Assembly: GCA_964478155.1 (NCBI GenBank)
Contig: CAYZGT010000001.1
Location: 83,557 to 147,556, forward strand
From: an uncultured Simplicispira sp.
Lineage (GTDB): Bacteria; Pseudomonadota; Gammaproteobacteria; Burkholderiales; Burkholderiaceae_C
Reading direction: 5' to 3'
DNA: 64,000 bases
Below the pieces are notes generated by a model. It worked only from the letters and a program-made list of their open reading frames with translations. It was not told the DNA's origin and ran no database searches. This document shows, in pieces, positions 59,106 through 64,000 of the stretch. Numbering within the stretch: the first letter of the stretch is position 1; the number at the start of each line of letters is the position of its first letter. Position numbers and translations under genes: made by a program.

Positions 59106-59354
59106 ATGGAAAACTCGGTATATCGCTTCCACGATCTCTTTGCCCAGTTGGGGTTGCCGTCCGATGCAGCAGGAATTCAGGCTTTCTTGACGGCCCACAG
59201 TGGCTTAGAGAGTCATATCCAGCTGGCGGATGCCCCTTTCTGGACTACGGCGCAGGCGACATTTTTGCGCGAAGCCTTGCTAGAAGACTCCGATTGGGCC
59301 GAATTGGCCGATCAGCTCAGTGCGGCATTGCGTCGCCCAGAAGGCACCCGCTGA
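59106..59354 (+). CDS. DUF2789-like small protein
   Basis: LFAQLGLPSD, LADAPFWT..Q..FL.E, DW.E..DQL; AAGGAG RBS. Confidence 0.8.
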   Translation: MENSVYRFHDLFAQLGLPSDAAGIQAFLTAHSGLESHIQLADAPFWTTAQATFLREALLEDSDWAELADQLSAALRRPEGTR

Positions 59355-60253
59355 TGGGAGCCGGGCACGATCATCACCACGCACCGGCCAACTTGAACCG
59401 GGCCTTTGGGGTTGGTATCGTGCTCAATCTGGCATTTGTCGCTATTGAAGCCTTTTATGGCTGGAGTATCAATTCTTTGGCCCTGCTGGCCGATGCCGGG
59501 CACAACCTGAGCGATGTAGCCGGTTTGTTGTTGGCTTGGGTGGGCGCTTGGGCAGCCAATCTGCGCCCCAGCACCCGCTACACCTATGGTTGGAAGCGTG
59601 CCTCTATCGTGGCCGCAGTGCTCAATGCCCTGCTTTTGCTGCTGGCAATGGGGGCTTTGGCTTGGGAGGCCATACGCCGTTTGGCCACGCCCCAGTCTAC
59701 CGAGGGCTGGACGATCATTGCAGTGGCTGGGGTCGGCATGGTGGTGAATACAGCCACAGCGTTGTTGTTCATGCGCGATCAGGGGGATGATCTGAACATC
59801 CGTGGCGCTTTTTTGCACATGCTGGCCGATGCCTTGGTGTCGTTTGGCGTGGTGCTGGGTGGTTTGCTCTATCTCTGGCAAAGCTGGCGCTGGATAGATC
59901 CAGTCATGAGTTTGGCGATTGCCGCAGTGATTGTGTGGGGCACCTGGGGGCTGCTGCGGCAATCGGTGCATTTGCTGTTGGATGGTGTGCCCGAGCGTAT
60001 TGATATGCAGTTGGTACGCCAACATCTGCGCGCACTGCCAGGCGTGGTGGATGTACATGACCTGCATGTGTGGGCACTGGGTACGTCCGAGGTGGCTTTG
60101 AGTGCCCATTTGGTATTGGGGCCTACTGCTTGCGACATAGCTGCCGTGCTACGGCAGGCAGAAAACACGTTGCATGAACAGTTCAACATTCGTCATGCTA
60201 CTTTGCAGCTAGAGCCTGCTTCTTACGCGATTCATTGTAACTTACATGTTTAG
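59354..60253 (+). CDS. Cation diffusion facilitator (CzcD/ZitB-like)
   Basis: Start ATG 59354 (TGATG overlap); GHDHHH, ADAGHNLSD, AFLHMLAD, HDLHVW. Confidence 0.93.
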   Translation: MGAGHDHHHAPANLNRAFGVGIVLNLAFVAIEAFYGWSINSLALLADAGHNLSDVAGLLLAWVGAWAANLRPSTRYTYGWKRASIVAAVLNALLLLLAMGALAWEAIRRLATPQSTEGWTIIAVAGVGMVVNTATALLFMRDQGDDLNIRGAFLHMLADALVSFGVVLGGLLYLWQSWRWIDPVMSLAIAAVIVWGTWGLLRQSVHLLLDGVPERIDMQLVRQHLRALPGVVDVHDLHVWALGTSEVALSAHLVLGPTACDIAAVLRQAENTLHEQFNIRHATLQLEPASYAIHCNLHV

Positions 60254-60296
60254 ATGAATTTTAAAAAACAACAAAAAACCAATAAAGAGAAAAACG

Positions 60297-61736
60297 ATGA
60301 ATGCCTTGCAATGGTTTGAAGGTGGCCTTGGTAATCTAGCTGCGTACTTAGCAGCACATGTGCTGTTGTGTTTGTTACCCGCTTTTTTTATCGCGGGAGC
60401 CATGACAGCTTTAATTCCAAAAGCCAGCATCACGCATTGGTTAGGCCGCAACGCACCTGTCTATATCTCCTACCCGGCGGCAGCAGCAGCCGGGTCTTTG
60501 TTGGCAGTGTGTTCCTGCACCATCGTGCCCTTATTTGGCGGAATTTACCGTAAGGGGGCTGGTATTGGCCCGGCCATTACATTCCTGTTTTTTGCCCCAG
60601 CGGGTAACATTATGGCGTTGGCCTACACTGGCAGTATTTTGGGATTGGAATTTGCGGCAGCACGATTTGTTCTGTGCTTGTTGTTCGGTATCGGTATTGG
60701 ACTGCTGATGGCTATGCTGTTTTGGCGCGATGATGCGCGTCATGATGCCCAAACCGACACCTTATTTGCTGAGAAAGCCAAGGTCAGTCCTGCCGCGACG
60801 GGTTTACTGCTCTCACTGGTAGGTTTGCTGATTGCTGGCACCCTGAAACTCTGGCCTTTGACCAGCACCTTGGGCACCATTACGCTGCCGTTGGCTTGGG
60901 CGCAAGATTGGCAAGACACCTTGTTTCAATGGGTGCCTTACGATGCGGCCAAAGGCGAAGAAGGGGTCACCTTTCAAGGCTCGGTGTTAATTCTGCTGTT
61001 GTTATTGATTGCCAGCACAGCTTGGAAGGGATTAGAAAACATTATCGAAGGAGCCTCCCGTTGGACGTGGCTCACTTTGGGCTTGACCGCTGCCACGCTG
61101 TTGGTGGCTTCCTTGCGCCTAACACCCAATACCCAAGGGCTTGAGCTGGCACTAACCGGGCGTTTCTTTGCCGTGGCCTTGTCTTTATGGGCCGTTTGGC
61201 ATTATCTGCAGGCTTTAGAAGCAGACGACCGACAAGCTTGGCTCTGGGAGGCTTGGCGCTTTGTGAAACAAATTTTTGGCCTGTTGGTGCTTGGGGTGTT
61301 TATTGTGGGGGTGGTGCGCCAGATTATTCAACCTCAATGGATTGAGAGCTGGGCGGGTAGTAACACGGTGCTTGCCAATATGGTGGCGGTGTTGTTTGGC
61401 GTTTTTATGTATTTTCCAACGCTGGTAGAAGTGCCCGTAGCCAAAATGTTTTTGGATTTAGGGATGCACCAAGGTCCTTTACTGGCTTACCTGATGGCAG
61501 ATCCTGAGCTCAGCCTGCAAAGTATGTTAATGGTGATGGCCGTGATTGGCCGCCGCAAAACCTTGGCTTATGTTGGGTTAGTCGCTCTTTTTAGCGTGCT
61601 GGCCGGGCTGTCGTATGGTGCTTGGGTTGATGGCCTACCGTGGCAAACGCTGGCCTTGGGTTTGATCGCTTTTGTGGCGATGTTGGCTGGCTTATTGCTC
61701 TGGTTGCATCGTTTGCAAGCAGTACGCACCTCCTGA
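60297..61736 (+). CDS. ArsP/DUF318-family permease, long form
   Basis: AVCSCTIVP, GAGIGPA, YFPTLVEVP, LMADPELSL. Confidence 0.85.
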   Translation: MNALQWFEGGLGNLAAYLAAHVLLCLLPAFFIAGAMTALIPKASITHWLGRNAPVYISYPAAAAAGSLLAVCSCTIVPLFGGIYRKGAGIGPAITFLFFAPAGNIMALAYTGSILGLEFAAARFVLCLLFGIGIGLLMAMLFWRDDARHDAQTDTLFAEKAKVSPAATGLLLSLVGLLIAGTLKLWPLTSTLGTITLPLAWAQDWQDTLFQWVPYDAAKGEEGVTFQGSVLILLLLLIASTAWKGLENIIEGASRWTWLTLGLTAATLLVASLRLTPNTQGLELALTGRFFAVALSLWAVWHYLQALEADDRQAWLWEAWRFVKQIFGLLVLGVFIVGVVRQIIQPQWIESWAGSNTVLANMVAVLFGVFMYFPTLVEVPVAKMFLDLGMHQGPLLAYLMADPELSLQSMLMVMAVIGRRKTLAYVGLVALFSVLAGLSYGAWVDGLPWQTLALGLIAFVAMLAGLLLWLHRLQAVRTS

Positions 61737-61773
61737 TGAACAAATGGTTTTCTCACCCCTTAGGAGACTTTTT

Positions 61774-62031
61774 ATGTTGACAATCAAAATTCTCGGCTCT
61801 GGTTGCGCCAATTGCCGCAAATTGGAAGCTGTAGCCCGCGAAGCTGCCACTGAGGCCAATATCGAGGCCGATTTTGTCAAAGTGACAGACATGCAGGCCA
61901 TCATGGCCTACGATGTGCTTTCCACCCCCGGCTTGGTCATCAACGAAAAGGTGGTTTCCAGCGGGCGCATTCCCAGTAAGGCCGATGTGCAACAGTGGTT
62001 GCAAGCAGCCGCATGCCCCCCCATTTTCTAA
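61774..62031 (+). CDS. Small redox-active disulfide (thioredoxin-like) protein
   Basis: IKILGSGCANC, TPGLVIN, SGRIP; AGGAG RBS. Confidence 0.9.
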   Translation: MLTIKILGSGCANCRKLEAVAREAATEANIEADFVKVTDMQAIMAYDVLSTPGLVINEKVVSSGRIPSKADVQQWLQAAACPPIF

Positions 62032-62045
62032 TCCGCAAATGGTGC

Positions 62046-64000
62046 CTATTCCGATGCCACCAACAAGCGCTCGATGGCATCGATGTCCACCTTATCGTGT
62101 TGTGCTGCGGATAAAAATCGTGCGGCATAGTCTTGCCAAACACCGCTGTGCAGAAAGAAGCGGAACACCTCGACATCGATATGCTGGGTGCGCGCCATGT
62201 CGGCCATGATGGCCAACGACTCGGAGAGCGTTTTAGGCAGCTTGTACGGGCGATCCGAAGCGGTCAGTGCCTCAAAAATATCGGCCAGCGTCATCACCCG
62301 GTCGGCCAACGTGAGCTGATCGCCTTGGAGGCGACGCGGATAGCCGCTGCCATCCAGCTTTTCGTGGTGTGAGCCTGCAATTGCGGGTACGCGGGCCAAA
62401 TGCGGAGGAAACGGCAGCCCACTGAGCATGATGATGGTCTGCACAATGTGGTCGTTGATCTTAAAGCGATCTTCGGCTGTCAGGGTGCCTCGGCGTACCG
62501 ACAGGTTGTGTAACTCGCCCAAGTGGATCTCTTGCGGCGGTACCAGCATATCAAAGCCCCATCGGTTGTCTGGATGGCCCGCCTCGACGGGTGGACGGCG
62601 TGGCCCCCAAGGTACGATATGTTCGGGCCGGTCGGCCAGTAATCGTTCTGTAGCGGGCAAAGGCTGCGGCGGTACATGGGCAAAGCGGGCCATTTCGGCC
62701 TGAGACAAACCAATCCGATCATCAAAATGCCTTTGCCAGACTTGGCTGCCAATCGCTTGCAGGCGTTGCACATCAGCATCGGCCATCGACTCACCACCCA
62801 CATTGCTGCGCGCCACAAAGGCAAAATCTTCTTGTAGTTGTCTGTGTTGTTGCAACAGTTGGTGTTCCAACTGGGCCGGATCCACGCCTGCCGCAGATTG
62901 CTGCCAATAGGCCAACTCGGCATCGCGCCACAACACCTCAAAGCGCATGCGCACTTCATGGATACGGTTGTAGATCGTCTCTAGCTTGGTGGCCTTGTCG
63001 ATGATGTGTTCGGGGCTGGTGACTTTGCCAATATCGTGCAGCCATGCCCCCATGCGAAACTCATACAGCTCGGCCTCGGTCATCGATACCTCGGCAAACG
63101 GCCCTTCTTGGGCATCGCAAATGCGCTGCATCAGGGCCTCGGCCAACTGGGGGACACGTTCACAATGGCCGCCGGTGTAGGGGCTTTTGGCATCAATGGT
63201 ATCGGCCAGTACCCGGATGACGGTATCAAACAGCTTGCGCTGGCCTTCGATCAGATTGCGCGTTTCAATCGCTACCGACAAGGTACCCGAAAGCTTTTCG
63301 ACAAAGGCCCGAAAGTTGTCGCTGTCTTGGCGTTGGTCTGGTGCATAGCGCATCACCAGCAGCCCTAAAGGCCGCCCGTTGCGTGTGTGCAATTGCACGC
63401 GCAGCACCTGCTGTACTGGTGTGTCCGGCAGGGTATCTTCATCGTCTGCTTGGGGTTGGGCGTAGTTGATGAAGTGCGCCATAGACAGCTGCTGCGGATA
63501 GCGCTCTTGGTCTTGTGGATCTTGGCAATAACGGGTGGTACGCACCAAGCCTTGGTGCTCGGGTTCATTACTGACTAGGTACACCGCCCCGCCCGTACAG
63601 CTGGTAGCCTGCACCAATTCATAGAGCACACTTGACAGCATCAGGTCTAGGCGTTGTTCGGCGCTGATATGGCGGGTGATGTGCAAAAATTCTTCGATGG
63701 TTTTGGACATGCCATCCATCACCTGCCCGAGCTCGCGTACCTCGCGCACCGGAGAGGCCACGCGCTGCGGTCGGCGAAAATCAAACCGTACCAGTGCCTG
63801 AGCCTGTGCTGCCAAGCCGCTGATACTGCGCCCAACGCGCCGTCCAGCCATCCACCCCAAAGGCAGCAGCAGGGCAATGAAGCCCAGTGAAAGCCACAAT
63901 TGGCGGCGCAAGTCCCGGTTTAGCTCAGAGAGCAACTCTTCGGTGGGGATGGCTATGAGCAGGCGCAAATCGCGCCAACGTACCGATTGCAGGGCCTGCA
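62046..64000 (-). CDS. HD-GYP phosphodiesterase with HAMP/GAF regions; 5' end beyond the window
   Basis: DAKSPYTGGHCERV, WLHDIGK, HHEKLDGSGYP, ADIFEALTA.DRPYK. Confidence 0.92.
   Translation of the reverse strand, partial: QALQSVRWRDLRLLIAIPTEELLSELNRDLRRQLWLSLGFIALLLPLGWMAGRRVGRSISGLAAQAQALVRFDFRRPQRVASPVREVRELGQVMDGMSKTIEEFLHITRHISAEQRLDLMLSSVLYELVQATSCTGGAVYLVSNEPEHQGLVRTTRYCQDPQDQERYPQQLSMAHFINYAQPQADDEDTLPDTPVQQVLRVQLHTRNGRPLGLLVMRYAPDQRQDSDNFRAFVEKLSGTLSVAIETRNLIEGQRKLFDTVIRVLADTIDAKSPYTGGHCERVPQLAEALMQRICDAQEGPFAEVSMTEAELYEFRMGAWLHDIGKVTSPEHIIDKATKLETIYNRIHEVRMRFEVLWRDAELAYWQQSAAGVDPAQLEHQLLQQHRQLQEDFAFVARSNVGGESMADADVQRLQAIGSQVWQRHFDDRIGLSQAEMARFAHVPPQPLPATERLLADRPEHIVPWGPRRPPVEAGHPDNRWGFDMLVPPQEIHLGELHNLSVRRGTLTAEDRFKINDHIVQTIIMLSGLPFPPHLARVPAIAGSHHEKLDGSGYPRRLQGDQLTLADRVMTLADIFEALTASDRPYKLPKTLSESLAIMADMARTQHIDVEVFRFFLHSGVWQDYAARFLSAAQHDKVDIDAIERLLVASE

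Noticed and set aside
59003..59353. N-terminal extension of the CDF in the ORF track (416 aa)
   Set aside because: Overlaps the DUF2789-like gene; ATG 59354 gives a normal-length CDF.
1..64000. CRISPR array, tRNA/rRNA, integrase or phage/defence genes
   Set aside because: No regularly spaced repeats, RNA-gene signatures or such proteins were seen by eye; a tRNAscan/Infernal/CRISPR scan would be needed to exclude them formally.

Overview
Betaproteobacterial chromosome segment. Gene style and REP-like repeats suggest Comamonadaceae; this is an inference. Roughly 1-39436 is a mosaic accessory region with IS scars. It holds: (i) a znuABC-type transporter, a collapsed cobW fossil, and a fur gene lodged in an IS3-family end; (ii) metE/metR; (iii) a PrpR(ScfR)-controlled methylcitrate operon (thioesterase-prpC-acnD-prpF-atypical prpB); (iv) a complete six-gene toluene/benzene monooxygenase (tmoABCDEF-like) with a TodS/TodT-type two-component system; (v) a metal/CO2 block (Fur, His-rich microprotein, arsR pseudogene, sbtAB with a CbbR-like LysR); (vi) a double-Zur-box zinc-starvation locus (zrgABCD divergent from cobW-folE2-yidD-gamma CA-thrS2-pyrC2). 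In locus (vi), several lost genes survive as internally deleted mini-ORFs that keep their start/stop overlaps. An IS903-like end abuts kdpE. From 39437 on there is an expanded kdp operon (kdpF plus two further small membrane peptides, a TorF-like porin, CorA, kdpDE), core genes (gloA, renalase-like oxidoreductase, gluQ, trmB), a GGDEF protein, a divergent DapB-like reductase facing an extended arsenic cluster (gap-arsJ-arsRC fusion-acr3-DUF2789-CDF-arsP-thioredoxin-like), and a partial HD-GYP gene. I saw no rRNA, tRNA or CRISPR array. All family assignments come from motif recognition by eye; no searches were run.
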